From Candidatus Nitrospinota bacterium M3_3B_026 (lineage in GTDB: Bacteria; Nitrospinota_A; UBA7883; JBPRGF01), in contig JBPRGF010000014.1 in NCBI GenBank assembly GCA_051418015.1, positions 1-64,000 of the forward strand: 64,000 nucleotides of DNA. The letters are read 5' to 3'. Under the pieces are notes generated by a model, which saw nothing but the letters and a program-made list of their open reading frames with translations, made no database searches and was not told the DNA's origin. Every line of letters starts with the position of its first letter. Position 1 is the stretch's first letter. Position numbers and translations under genes: made by a program. Positions 7,688-17,486 of the stretch are shown here, in pieces.

Positions 7688-10423
7688 TCAGCCCAGGAAA
7701 TCCCTGACCTTCAGGGTGAGCTCGCTTTCCGCGAGGCTTTTCACGATAAAACCGTCCGCGCCGAGCTTTAGGGCTTTTTCCCTGACGGTCGCCTCGTCCT
7801 TCGCCGCGGCGACTATGACGGGAACGTATCTCAAATCGCGGCTCGCCTTCATTTCCTCAAGGAGCGCCAGGCCGGGCCCCCCGGGCGCGTCTATATCCAT
7901 TATCACGAGGCTTGGCGTTTTCCCGTTCGCGGAAGCGAGCGCCCGCCCGCCGTCCGCGGCTTCGACGACGTCCGCCTCCACGGCGCCCAGGACGGTTTTC
8001 AGCCTCGCCCTCTCGCTCTCATCGCCGCCGGTCACGAGGATGATCGGCCGTCCTTCGGGAAGCTCGGCGTAAAAGACGCTGCCGGCGCCGTCCTCAACTG
8101 GCTCGGCTGTCAGGGAGCCTCCGTGGGCCTCCATTATGTCCCGGCAGAAGGGCAGGCCAAGGCCGGTCCCCTTCTCCCCCCTGACGCCAAGGGTGGTGGT
8201 TTTCACCTCGCTCTTGAAGATGTCCGGCAGGATTTCCGGCCTGATACCTGAGCCTGTGTCCCTGACCGCTATCGTGGAGGGTCTTCCTTCCGGGATGAAT
8301 ATGGTTATCCGTCCCCCTTTCGGGGTGAACTTCACGGCGTTCGACACAAGGTTCTGGATCACCTGGCTGAAAAGGTCAACGTCGGCGTAAAGGCGCGTGT
8401 CCGCCGGGACATTGTTCTCGATCCTGACGCCGGCGCCGCTCGCTGCGTGAGAGAGGCCCTCCAGCGCGCCGGCGACGATCGACCTCGCGTTGACGGGCCT
8501 GAGTCTTGGCCGTATCCTGCCCGTCTGCAACATGCTGATGTTCAACAGCTGGTCGATCTGCGTGATGAGGCTGTCGAGGATGCTTACGGCGCTTCTCATC
8601 ATCCTTTTCTTGCGCTCGTCCATGACGTCCGAAAGATCCTCGTCGAGCGTGTTGAGGAGGGTGAATATGGAGGCGATGGGCGACCGCAGGTCGTGGGAGA
8701 CGAGCGTCACGAACTGGTCTTTAAGCATCGTCGCCTCTTCGGCCTTCTCCTTGGCGGTCTTGAGTTCCTTTTCGGCGCGGACGCGCTCTGTCACGTCCCT
8801 TTTCACCGCGACGAAGTGGCACACGTTCCCCTTCTCGTCCCGAACCGGGGCGATGGTCATCTCCTCGTAATAGAGTTCGCCGGACTTTCTCCTGTTTATG
8901 ACGGCGCCGCTCCATATCCTCCCCGCCTTGATGGTGTCCCACAGGTCTTTATAGAAGCTCTTGTCGTGCTTGCCGGACTTCAATATCCGCGGATTTCGCC
9001 CTATCAGCTCCTCCGCCGAGTAGCCGGTGATGCGGCTGGCCGCCGGGTTCACGTACTCTATGAACCCTTCTGAGTCCGTCATCACGACGGTGTCCGGGGA
9101 CTGTTCGATGGCGTTCTTGAGCTTTTTGAGTTCGATTTCCGCGTTCATCCGCTCAAGCTCCGCCCCGGCCCGGGCGGCGAAAAGCTTCACTATGGGCTGG
9201 ATATACTCCCGGCCAGTCAACGCCCGGTCATGCATGACGCCGAGATGACCTGTGATATCGCCGTCGGCTCCGCGGAAGGGCGCGCCGAAGTAGCTTTGAG
9301 CGCCCATGTGGATCAGCATTTCGTCCTCGGGGAAGGTCTCCTGTATCCCAGATGGGTAAAAACAGGCGTCTTTTCTCTTGTATATCTCATGGCAGGGCGT
9401 CCCCTCCAGGGGATATTCCACGTTGTCCAGGAACTCCCCGTTATCCCAGAAGGTGACGGTCTCGGCGGTGTTCTCGTCCACGAGCCTTGATATGAAGGCG
9501 AAACGGACGCCGATGGCCTCGCCGAGGCTCCTGGTGAGCGCCCTGAAAAACTCAAGCCCGGTGGCGGCGGCGGTCTCTTCCACCAGCATCCTCATCGCCA
9601 CTTCGGCGCTCCTGCGCTTGGTGACGTCCCTGGCCAGCCCCTCGACGCCGAGGACATCCCCCTCGTCGTCGTAATAGTGTTGCGCGTTGGATGAGACCCA
9701 GATGATCTCCCCGCTCTTGTGGATAAGCTGCGCCTCGAAGTTTTTCACCTTTCCGCCATGCTCGTCGAGCTCTTTGAATAGCTGCTTGCGCCTCTCGGGG
9801 TAGAGGTAAAAATCCGTCAGCCTCCTGCCGAAAAGCTCGTCGGGAGTGTATCCGAGGAGCTCTTTCAAGGCCCCGGAGACGTGGGTGAGGCGGCCTTCGT
9901 TGTCCGTCCGGTAATATACGTCAGGGATGTTGTTCAGGATGGCGGAAAGCTCTTTTTCCGAGGCGGCGAGCTTTTCCTCGGCCCTCTTGCGCCCGGTGAT
10001 GTCCTGTTGCGAGCCCACCATCCTCACGGGCCGGCCCCCGCTGTCGCGGATCACCTCGCCGACGGTGTGGGCCACCCGCTCCGTACCGTCCCGCCGGATT
10101 ATTCTGTACTCGGTGTCGTAAGGCGCGCCATCCTCCACGGCCCGCCTGACCTCCCCGGAGACCCGCTCCCTGTCGCCGGGATGGACGTGGCTCAGAAAGG
10201 CCTCGTAGGTCGCCTCGAACTCGCCGGGCTCAAAGCCGAAGGCTCTATATATCTGGTCCGACCAGGCGATCCTGCCGGACACGATGTCCCACTCCCATGT
10301 CCCCAGGCGGGCCAGCCGCATCGCGCTCGAAAGATTCTCCCAGCTCCTTCTGAGGGCATCCTCCGTTTCCTGCCCCGCGGACTCGCCGTGAGGGCCGCCA
10401 TGGCCGCTTGAAATGTCACCCAT
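7688..10423 (-). CDS. Hybrid sensor kinase PAS-PAS-GAF-PAS-HisKA-HATPase-REC (atypical REC)
   Basis: PAS motifs (GTWEWD/HVHPGD, NPRILKSG), SHDLRSP, NAVKFT, GTGLGL, C-terminal receiver. Start uncertain (10423 or 10438). Confidence 0.92.
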   Translation of the reverse strand: MGDISSGHGGPHGESAGQETEDALRRSWENLSSAMRLARLGTWEWDIVSGRIAWSDQIYRAFGFEPGEFEATYEAFLSHVHPGDRERVSGEVRRAVEDGAPYDTEYRIIRRDGTERVAHTVGEVIRDSGGRPVRMVGSQQDITGRKRAEEKLAASEKELSAILNNIPDVYYRTDNEGRLTHVSGALKELLGYTPDELFGRRLTDFYLYPERRKQLFKELDEHGGKVKNFEAQLIHKSGEIIWVSSNAQHYYDDEGDVLGVEGLARDVTKRRSAEVAMRMLVEETAAATGLEFFRALTRSLGEAIGVRFAFISRLVDENTAETVTFWDNGEFLDNVEYPLEGTPCHEIYKRKDACFYPSGIQETFPEDEMLIHMGAQSYFGAPFRGADGDITGHLGVMHDRALTGREYIQPIVKLFAARAGAELERMNAEIELKKLKNAIEQSPDTVVMTDSEGFIEYVNPAASRITGYSAEELIGRNPRILKSGKHDKSFYKDLWDTIKAGRIWSGAVINRRKSGELYYEEMTIAPVRDEKGNVCHFVAVKRDVTERVRAEKELKTAKEKAEEATMLKDQFVTLVSHDLRSPIASIFTLLNTLDEDLSDVMDERKKRMMRSAVSILDSLITQIDQLLNISMLQTGRIRPRLRPVNARSIVAGALEGLSHAASGAGVRIENNVPADTRLYADVDLFSQVIQNLVSNAVKFTPKGGRITIFIPEGRPSTIAVRDTGSGIRPEILPDIFKSEVKTTTLGVRGEKGTGLGLPFCRDIMEAHGGSLTAEPVEDGAGSVFYAELPEGRPIILVTGGDESERARLKTVLGAVEADVVEAADGGRALASANGKTPSLVIMDIDAPGGPGLALLEEMKASRDLRYVPVIVAAAKDEATVREKALKLGADGFIVKSLAESELTLKVRDFLG

Positions 10424-10491
10424 CGTTGCAAATAGCAAGGAAGAAAAATGTTCAATAAACTATTATAATATCATGGTTTGGTGATGGTTTT

Positions 10492-11658
10492 TCAAAGAAA
10501 AACCATGTCGTCGCGGTGGATGATCTCGTCGTAGACCTTGTAGCCAAGGACGGCTTCTATTTCCCTTGAGTGCTTGCCCATGATGAGGGCTATCTCGCTT
10601 GAGTTGTAGTTTGACAGACCCTTGGCGAAGGTTTTTCCGTCCTGGCCGCAAAGCTCCACCGCCTCGCCGGAGTCGAACTCGCCCTCGACCTTCCTGATCC
10701 CGAGGGCCAGCAGGCTTTTGCCCCTTTTCATTACGGCCTCCATAGCCCCCTGGTCGACGTGTATTCTCCCCTTTGCCTTGAGGGTGAACTCTATCCAGTG
10801 TTTCTTGCTGGAGAGCCTGCGCTCCAGCGGGAAGAAAAAAGTCCCCGCGCTTTCTCCTTTCATGAAATCGAGCAGCGCGCCTCTTTTCGCGCCGGGCAGG
10901 ATGACGGTTCCGGCGCCGAACCTCGCCGCCTCCGCGGCCGCCCGGACCTTGGAGGCCATCCCGCCGAGGCCGGTCCTCGTCGAGGAGTCGCCCGCCACGG
11001 CCATGATGGCCTCGTCCACCTTCTCCACGTAGTCTATCATCGAAGCGTCCTTGGCCTTGCGCGGGTCGGCGGTGTAGAGGCCGTCCACGTCGGAGAGGAT
11101 GGCCAGCAGCCCCGCCTCGACAAGGTTCGTGACCCTGGCGGCGAGGGTGTCGTTGTCGCCGAATTTTATCTCGTGGACGGCGACGGTGTCGTTTTCGTTT
11201 ATGACCGGAATGACGCCGAGGTCGAACAGGGCGTTGATGGTGTCCCGGGCGTTGAGGAACCTGCGGCGGTTGGAAAGGTCGTCATGGGTCAGCAAAGCCT
11301 GGCCGACCCTGAACCCCTCGCTGGCGAAATGGCGCGACCATAGGGATATAAGGTCCCCCTGGCCGAGGGCCGCGGCGGCCTGCTTAACGGGGATGGACAT
11401 GCCGCGTCTTCCTATCTTGATGACGCTGGAGCCGATGGCGACGGACCCGGAGCTCACCACGGCGATCTTTCTGCCCTGGCGGACGAGCTCGGCCACCTGG
11501 CGGGCGATCTCGGCGATCACGGCCTCGTCCACGCCGGTGTATTTCTCCCCCGTCAGCACTCCCGAGCCGACCTTGACCACAAGCCGGCCCGCCTTTTTCA
11601 CGAGCCCGTCCCGCCGCTCGCGAAAGGTTTTCTCCTCGCTTTTCGCCATGTCGTTCAT
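10492..11658 (-). CDS. proB: Glutamate 5-kinase
   Basis: VVKVGS, INENDTV, FGDND, GGMASK, C-terminal PUA domain. Confidence 0.97.
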   Translation of the reverse strand: MNDMAKSEEKTFRERRDGLVKKAGRLVVKVGSGVLTGEKYTGVDEAVIAEIARQVAELVRQGRKIAVVSSGSVAIGSSVIKIGRRGMSIPVKQAAAALGQGDLISLWSRHFASEGFRVGQALLTHDDLSNRRRFLNARDTINALFDLGVIPVINENDTVAVHEIKFGDNDTLAARVTNLVEAGLLAILSDVDGLYTADPRKAKDASMIDYVEKVDEAIMAVAGDSSTRTGLGGMASKVRAAAEAARFGAGTVILPGAKRGALLDFMKGESAGTFFFPLERRLSSKKHWIEFTLKAKGRIHVDQGAMEAVMKRGKSLLALGIRKVEGEFDSGEAVELCGQDGKTFAKGLSNYNSSEIALIMGKHSREIEAVLGYKVYDEIIHRDDMVFL

Positions 11659-11683
11659 GCGCCGGTTTCTTCAGGGCCAGGGA

Positions 11684-12697
11684 TCAACTTTTCAGCGTCT
11701 CGATCATTCTCTCTAATTTTTCCCGCGCAGCGCCGGAGTCTATCGCCTCCCGGGCTTTTTCGACCCCCTTCTCCAGCGTGGCCGCCTCGCCGCCCGCGCA
11801 TATGGCCGCCGCGGCGTTCAGGATAGAAATATCCCTCGGCGCGCCCTCGGCGCCCTCCAGGACGGCCCGGGTGATCCTCGCGTTTTCCCCGGCGCCGCCG
11901 CCTTTTATGTCTTTCGGATCGTATGCGGGCATCTCGAACCGCTCCGGGGTGATCGTAAAAACCCTCACCTCGCCGTCTTTCATCTCCGCCACGCGGGTGG
12001 CGCCGGTGACGGTTATTTCGTCCAGCCCGTCGGAGCCGTGGACGACGAAGACGTGGTTTGCGCCGAGGTTTTTGAGAACTTCGGCGATAGGCTCCACCAG
12101 CGCGTCGTCATACACGCCGACAACCTGCGCCGCCGCCCCGGCGGGGTTCGTCAGCGGGCCGAGGACGTTGAAGACCGTGCGGACGCCTATCTCGCGCCGG
12201 GGGCCGACGGCGTATTTCATGGCGCTGTGCATCAGCGGCGCGAACAGGAAGCCTATTCCCACATCCTTAAGGCACTCCTCCACCCGCTCCACCTCCGCCT
12301 CGATGTCCACCCCCAGCGCCTTTAGAACGTCGGCCGAGCCGGACTTCGACGAGACCGACCGGTTGCCGTGCTTGGCGACGGTAAGCCCCGCGCCGGCGGC
12401 GATGAACGCGGCGGTGGTGGAGATGTTGAACGTGCCGGAAAGGTCGCCCCCCGTCCCGCAGGTGTCCACGACGGGGCCTGGCCCCGCGTCGACGTGAAGC
12501 GCCTTCGCGCGCATCACCCGCGCCGCGCCGGTGATCTCGTCCACGGTCTCCCCCTTCATCCGCAACGCCGTCAAAAAGGCCCCTATCTGCGCCTCCGACG
12601 CCCCGCCGGTCATGACCTGTTCCATGACGGCGGCCATCTCATCCTCGGTCAGGCTCTCGCCTTCTATTACCTTCGCTATCGCCTGTTTTATGTCCAT
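11684..12697 (-). CDS. trpD: Anthranilate phosphoribosyltransferase
   Basis: DTCGTGGD, FNIST, KHGNRSVSSKSGSAD. Confidence 0.97.
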   Translation of the reverse strand: MDIKQAIAKVIEGESLTEDEMAAVMEQVMTGGASEAQIGAFLTALRMKGETVDEITGAARVMRAKALHVDAGPGPVVDTCGTGGDLSGTFNISTTAAFIAAGAGLTVAKHGNRSVSSKSGSADVLKALGVDIEAEVERVEECLKDVGIGFLFAPLMHSAMKYAVGPRREIGVRTVFNVLGPLTNPAGAAAQVVGVYDDALVEPIAEVLKNLGANHVFVVHGSDGLDEITVTGATRVAEMKDGEVRVFTITPERFEMPAYDPKDIKGGGAGENARITRAVLEGAEGAPRDISILNAAAAICAGGEAATLEKGVEKAREAIDSGAAREKLERMIETLKS

Positions 12698-12720
12698 TTA
12701 TCTGAGAACCCCCGCTCCCG

Positions 12721-13284
12721 TCAAAGCTCCAGAAAATTTCTCAAAAGCTCCTTGCCGTGTTCGGTGATGATCGACTCCGGGTGGAACTGGACGCCCACGG
12801 TGGGGGTGTCCTTTGACCTGATCCCCATTATCTCGCCGTCGTCCGTCCTGGCCGTGATCTTGAACCTCTCCGGCAGGGAGGCCTCCTCCACCACCAGCGA
12901 GTGGTAGCGGGCCGCCGGGAAGGGGTTGGCGAGCCCTTTGAAGACTCCCTTGCCGTCGTGGTGGATCAGGCTGGTTTTGCCGTGCATCAGCTCCCTGGCT
13001 TTCACGATCCGTCCGCCGTAGGCGGCGGCGATGGCCTGGTGGCCCAGGCAGACGCCGAGGATCGGCGCGGCGCCGTCGAAGTTTTTCACCACGTCCATGG
13101 ATACCCCCGCCTCCATCGGCGTCTTCGGGCCTGGGGAGATCACTATCCGCTCCGGGGCGAGTTTTTTGAGGCTCTCGACCGAAAGCTCGTCGTTTCTCAC
13201 CACCTTCACCTCCTGCCCCAGCTCCACAAGGTACTGGGCGAGGTTGTATGTGAACGAGTCGTAGTTGTCTATCAGCAGCATCAT
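12721..13284 (-). CDS. trpG: Anthranilate/ADC synthase component II (glutamine amidotransferase)
   Basis: IDNYDSFT, SPGP, GVCLGHQ, QFHPES; upstream of trpD. Confidence 0.93.
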   Translation of the reverse strand: MMLLIDNYDSFTYNLAQYLVELGQEVKVVRNDELSVESLKKLAPERIVISPGPKTPMEAGVSMDVVKNFDGAAPILGVCLGHQAIAAAYGGRIVKARELMHGKTSLIHHDGKGVFKGLANPFPAARYHSLVVEEASLPERFKITARTDDGEIMGIRSKDTPTVGVQFHPESIITEHGKELLRNFLEL

Positions 13285-13360
13285 GGCCCTTTCCTTTCCC
13301 GATCGGCTTAGTATAGGATGTAACCTTCAGAAAGGAAAGACGAAGCATCCGGGGGAGGGT

Positions 13361-13948
13361 ATGACGGAGAAAAAAGAGGGCGGACGTCACGTCTTCGACC
13401 CGAAACAGTGGCAGAAGCTCGAGTCGCCCGAGCGGCGGGAGAAAATGGACCCGGAGAAGCTCGCCGCGGCGATGGAGCTTTCGAAGGACGAGGTCGTCCT
13501 GGACATCGGGTGCGGGACCGGCTTTTTCGCCGAGCCCGTGGCCGGGCGCTGCGGGAGGCTGATCGGGCTCGACCATTCCGAGGATATGCTCAACGTCTTC
13601 CGCGGCAAGGAGAGCTTCAAGACGCTGGGAAACGTGGAGCTGAAGCTCGGCGACGCCATGGACCCGCCCGTCGGCGACGCCTCCTGTGACGTCGTTTTCC
13701 ACGCCTGCCTGTTGCACGAGATCAAGAACGTGGCCTCTTTCCACGCCGGGGTAAAGCGCGTGTTGAAGCCCGGCGGCAGGCTCTACACCGTGGACTGGCG
13801 CGCCAGTGAGACGGGAGGCATGGGCCCGCCGGTCGATCACCGCGTCTCCGTGGATACAGCTATGGAGTGGATGCGCCGCGACGGGTTCAGGGATGTCAGG
13901 GAGCTTGAGGTCTACGACTACCAGTACGTGATCGTGGGCAGGGTCTGA
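13361..13948 (+). CDS. Class I SAM-dependent methyltransferase
   Basis: Motif I LDIGCGTG, RVLKPGG; GGAGG RBS before ATG 13361. Confidence 0.88.
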   Translation: MTEKKEGGRHVFDPKQWQKLESPERREKMDPEKLAAAMELSKDEVVLDIGCGTGFFAEPVAGRCGRLIGLDHSEDMLNVFRGKESFKTLGNVELKLGDAMDPPVGDASCDVVFHACLLHEIKNVASFHAGVKRVLKPGGRLYTVDWRASETGGMGPPVDHRVSVDTAMEWMRRDGFRDVRELEVYDYQYVIVGRV

Positions 13949-13988
13949 TCCGCGGCCCCCGTCCCCGAGGCAGGCGCCGCCGGACGGC

Positions 13989-14017
13989 TTGAGATGATGA
14001 TCGAATGCTGGTAGGAT
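13989..14017 (+). promoter_or_regulatory. Sigma70 promoter of tRNA-Gln
   Basis: TTGAGA-N17-TAGGAT, with TG of an extended -10. Confidence 0.55.
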
Positions 14018-14031
14018 TTATACGCATCAAC

Positions 14032-14105
14032 TGGCCCCTCGTCTAATGGTAGGACGGTAGACTCTGGATCTGCTTGTCGAGGTTCGAATCCTCGGGGGCC
14101 AGCCA
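14032..14105 (+). tRNA. tRNA-Gln (CTG)
   Basis: Acceptor stem TGGCCCC/GGGGCCA, anticodon arm GTAGA-CTCTGGA-TCTGC, T-loop GTTCGAATC, encoded CCA. Confidence 0.97.
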
Positions 14106-14142
14106 TATCCTGTGAGCTCGCCCTTTCGTTTCGCGTCCGCCG

Positions 14143-15498
14143 TCAGCTCCCCCCATGTCTCCCCAGTTTCCTGTAGAGTGTGGCGAGGTTTATGTTCAGC
14201 TCCGCGGCGGCGGCGGTCTTGTCACCCTTATGGCGGGCGATGGTCTCTTCGATGACCCAGCGCTCGTAGGCGGCGGTCTTGCTTTTCAGGTCCTTCGGCG
14301 CGGCGTCGATCCTGTCGAGACCGACGATCCTCGGCGGCAGGTCGTACTCGGTGATAAGCTCCCCATTCGCCACCGCCACGGCCCGCTCCACGGTGTTCTC
14401 AAGCTCCCTTATGTTGCCAGGCCACGGGTAGGCCGCGAAGAGGGACAAAACCCGCGGGTCGAAGCCTTTTATCTGCTTTCCCATCTCCTTGTTGAACTTT
14501 GCGAGGAAATGCCCGGCCAGCGGCTCTATATCCCCATCTCTTTCGCGCAGGGGAGGGAGGGAGACCTCTATGACGTTCAGGCGGTAGTAAAGGTCCGCCC
14601 GGAAAAGCCCCGCCCCCACCGCCTCGGCCAGGTTCCTGTTGCTGGCGGCGATGACCCTGGCGTCCACATCTACCGGTTTCACGTCCCCGACGGGGGTGAT
14701 CTCCTTGTATTGTATGGCGCTGAGCAGCTTCACCTGAAGTCCCAGAGGCAGTTCCCCCACCTCGTCCAGCAGCAAGGCGCCCCCGTGGGCTTTTTTTATG
14801 AGCCCGTCCTTGTCCGTCTCCGCGCCGGTGAATGCGCCCTTTTTGTAGCCGAAAAGCTCGCTTTCCATGAGGCTTTCGGGTATCGCGCCGCAGTTTATCT
14901 CCACGAATGGCTTGTCGCGCCGGGGCGAGTTGTAATGGATTATGCGCGCCAGCAGCCCCTTGCCCACGCCGGACTCGCCGGTGATGAGGACGTTGCTTTT
15001 CGTGGGGATGACCCTGTCAACGAGAGCCAGGGTCTCCCTTATGGCCGGGGAGGCTCCGATGAAGTTCGAGTAGTCGTATTTGGAGAAGAGCTTTTTCTCG
15101 AGCCTCTCCTTTTCGCCGCGGATCCTGCCGGTCTCCAGTATCCTGGAGACGGTGAGCAGCACGTCGTCGTTTATGAACGGTTTCGTGATGTAGTCCGCCG
15201 CGCCCAGCTTCACCGCCCTCACTGCCGTCTCGATGGAGCCGAAGGCGGTTATCATCACCACCGCCATGGAGGGCCTGGCCCGCGCCGCCTCGTTTAGCAC
15301 GTCGAACCCGGAGGCTTTCCCCAGCCGGATGTCCACCAGCGCGAGGTCGTAGTGGTCCTCCATTATCATGTCGATAGCCGCGCCGGCCTCGTTCGCGGTG
15401 TTCACGGTGAACCCCCCGGAGGAGAGGATCATCTTCAGGACCCTGCAGATATCCTCCTCGTCGTCCACCACGAGTATCTTTCCGTCCGCGTTCGCCAT
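14143..15498 (-). CDS. Sigma54-dependent response regulator (NtrC family; REC-AAA+-HTH)
   Basis: VVDDE receiver, GESGVGKG, GAFTGA, FRADLYYRL, WPGNIREL, Fis-type HTH. Confidence 0.95.
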   Translation of the reverse strand: MANADGKILVVDDEEDICRVLKMILSSGGFTVNTANEAGAAIDMIMEDHYDLALVDIRLGKASGFDVLNEAARARPSMAVVMITAFGSIETAVRAVKLGAADYITKPFINDDVLLTVSRILETGRIRGEKERLEKKLFSKYDYSNFIGASPAIRETLALVDRVIPTKSNVLITGESGVGKGLLARIIHYNSPRRDKPFVEINCGAIPESLMESELFGYKKGAFTGAETDKDGLIKKAHGGALLLDEVGELPLGLQVKLLSAIQYKEITPVGDVKPVDVDARVIAASNRNLAEAVGAGLFRADLYYRLNVIEVSLPPLRERDGDIEPLAGHFLAKFNKEMGKQIKGFDPRVLSLFAAYPWPGNIRELENTVERAVAVANGELITEYDLPPRIVGLDRIDAAPKDLKSKTAAYERWVIEETIARHKGDKTAAAAELNINLATLYRKLGRHGGS

Positions 15499-15614
15499 TA
15501 CCTTGAATCCTTTTTCACCGCAGAGACGCGGATGCCGCGGCCGCGCCGATTATCCTTTTCGTTATTCCATTCACGCCGTTTTTCTCCGCGCTTTCCGCGT
15601 CTCGGCGGTCAGCC

Positions 15615-17486
15615 TCATTTCGCGATCGGCAGGTAGACCATGAACGTTGACCCCTGGGACGTGGAGTTGAGCGTCAGTTCGCCGTTGAACCTGCGGACGA
15701 TGCCATGGGAGAGCGCAAGGCCCAGCCCGGCCCCCTCCGTTCCGCGGTCCTTGGACGAATAGAACGGCTCGAATATATGGCCGACCCTCTCCGGCGGGAC
15801 TCCGCAGCCGGTGTCGCAGAAATCGACCCGAACGTATCCCGCGCCATTTCCGGAAAGCGAGACAGGAAGCGCGTCCTCCGGGGCGACGGCGGCGCATATG
15901 GTGAGCCTGCCCCCGTCCGGCATCGCTTCGGCGGCGTTGAGTATCAGGTTCACGAAGACCTGCTGGAGCTGGTCGCTGTTCGCCGCGGCCATCGGAAGCG
16001 AGGACATGTCGCGCGTTCCAACCTCCACGTTGCTCATCCGCTTGTCGTATCTCAGGATTTCCAGAGAATCCTCCACCACCTCGCTCAGTGAGCATTTTCT
16101 GGGCCCTTCCGGGACGGGCCGGGCCAGTCCCGTCAGCTGGGCCACTATGTTCGATATGCGTTCGATGTGCTTGAATATGGTCTCCAGCGCCTCTTCCGTG
16201 AACGGGTCGTAGCGCCTCTTTTGGAGCATCTGCACGAAGGAGGATATGGACGTGAGGGGATTGCCGACCTCGTGGGCCACGTGGGCGGCGACGCGGCCCA
16301 GGGAGGCGTGGCGCTCGGCCAGGAGCATCTGGCGGTGTTTTTCTTTCAATTCGGCCTCGCTTTCCTTGAGGGCCCTGGCCATGCTGTTGAAAGACCGGGC
16401 CAACGACTCCAGCTCATCGCCGGTCCTCACCGTTATGTGGGAGCCGAACTCGCCCTTTCCTATCCTCGTGGCGCCCTCCTGGAGCCGCCTCACGGGCTTA
16501 GTGATGCCGCCGGCCATGAAGTAGGCCAGGACCACGGCTCCGCCCAGAGACAAAAGCATTATCCCCAGCATGCTCATCCTGGCGGCGGCGGCGGATCTGT
16601 GTATGTCCGACACGTCGAGGGCAACCTGAAGGGCGCCGATCGCCTCTCCCCGCCTGTTTCGAAGCGGCAGGTACGCCGTGAAAAGGGGAACTTTATCGAC
16701 TTTTTCTTCGCGGAACACGGGGTCCGTGGAGGAGTTTATGGCCGTGGCGACGCCGCCTCCGATCTTCCTGCCCACGAGGGAGGGCAGGGTGGAGAGGGTC
16801 ACCCTGCCGTTCGTGAGGACGGAAAGCTGGGCGCCGGACATCTTTTTTATCTTTTCCAGGAACCCCTTGTCTATGTACACTCCCGCCAGGATGGCCCCGA
16901 AAACGTCATACTCCGGCCTCCTCGCCTCGTCCTCCCCCGGCAGGGAGTACGGCCCCTCCCGGGTGATTATCCTCTCCCTTCTCAGCGGCGCCGCGGCCTG
17001 CAGGACGTACCTTCCCTTGGCGTAAAAGAGGTCGCCCTCCGTCCTGTCCGACAGAGCGGCGCGGATGATGGGGTGGCCGGACAGGTCCGATCCGCGGCGG
17101 GCGTAATACTCCCCAGCTGTCACCAGCACGCCGCTTCGGTCGACGACCTGGAGGTTGTCCAGCTCCAGCACCTTGTAGGTTTTCTTCAGCTCCTCGAACA
17201 GCATAGAGCGCTCCCCGGCCACCATGGCGTAATAGGCGGCGTCTATCAGGGCGTGGTCGCGCATCATCAGCTCCACGTAGGAGACGAGCTTGTCCGTCGT
17301 TTCCTCCAGGGTGGCCTCCACGGTGTCCGTGGCGTTCTCCACCCGCTCGTGCCCGGTTTTCTCGAACTGCTTGGAGACTATGCTGTCTATGGCCAGCATC
17401 GCCCCGGGCAGAGGGATGACCACCACGATTATCATCAGCGCCAGCAGCTTCGACTTTATGTTCAGCCACCGCCAGGGGTTTATCAT
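15615..17486 (-). CDS. Membrane sensor kinase (periplasmic Cache-like domains, HAMP, HisKA, HATPase)
   Basis: Two TM helices, HAMP (GDELESLARSFN), AHEVGNP, NAAEA, GLGL. Confidence 0.92.
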   Translation of the reverse strand: MINPWRWLNIKSKLLALMIIVVVIPLPGAMLAIDSIVSKQFEKTGHERVENATDTVEATLEETTDKLVSYVELMMRDHALIDAAYYAMVAGERSMLFEELKKTYKVLELDNLQVVDRSGVLVTAGEYYARRGSDLSGHPIIRAALSDRTEGDLFYAKGRYVLQAAAPLRRERIITREGPYSLPGEDEARRPEYDVFGAILAGVYIDKGFLEKIKKMSGAQLSVLTNGRVTLSTLPSLVGRKIGGGVATAINSSTDPVFREEKVDKVPLFTAYLPLRNRRGEAIGALQVALDVSDIHRSAAAARMSMLGIMLLSLGGAVVLAYFMAGGITKPVRRLQEGATRIGKGEFGSHITVRTGDELESLARSFNSMARALKESEAELKEKHRQMLLAERHASLGRVAAHVAHEVGNPLTSISSFVQMLQKRRYDPFTEEALETIFKHIERISNIVAQLTGLARPVPEGPRKCSLSEVVEDSLEILRYDKRMSNVEVGTRDMSSLPMAAANSDQLQQVFVNLILNAAEAMPDGGRLTICAAVAPEDALPVSLSGNGAGYVRVDFCDTGCGVPPERVGHIFEPFYSSKDRGTEGAGLGLALSHGIVRRFNGELTLNSTSQGSTFMVYLPIAK

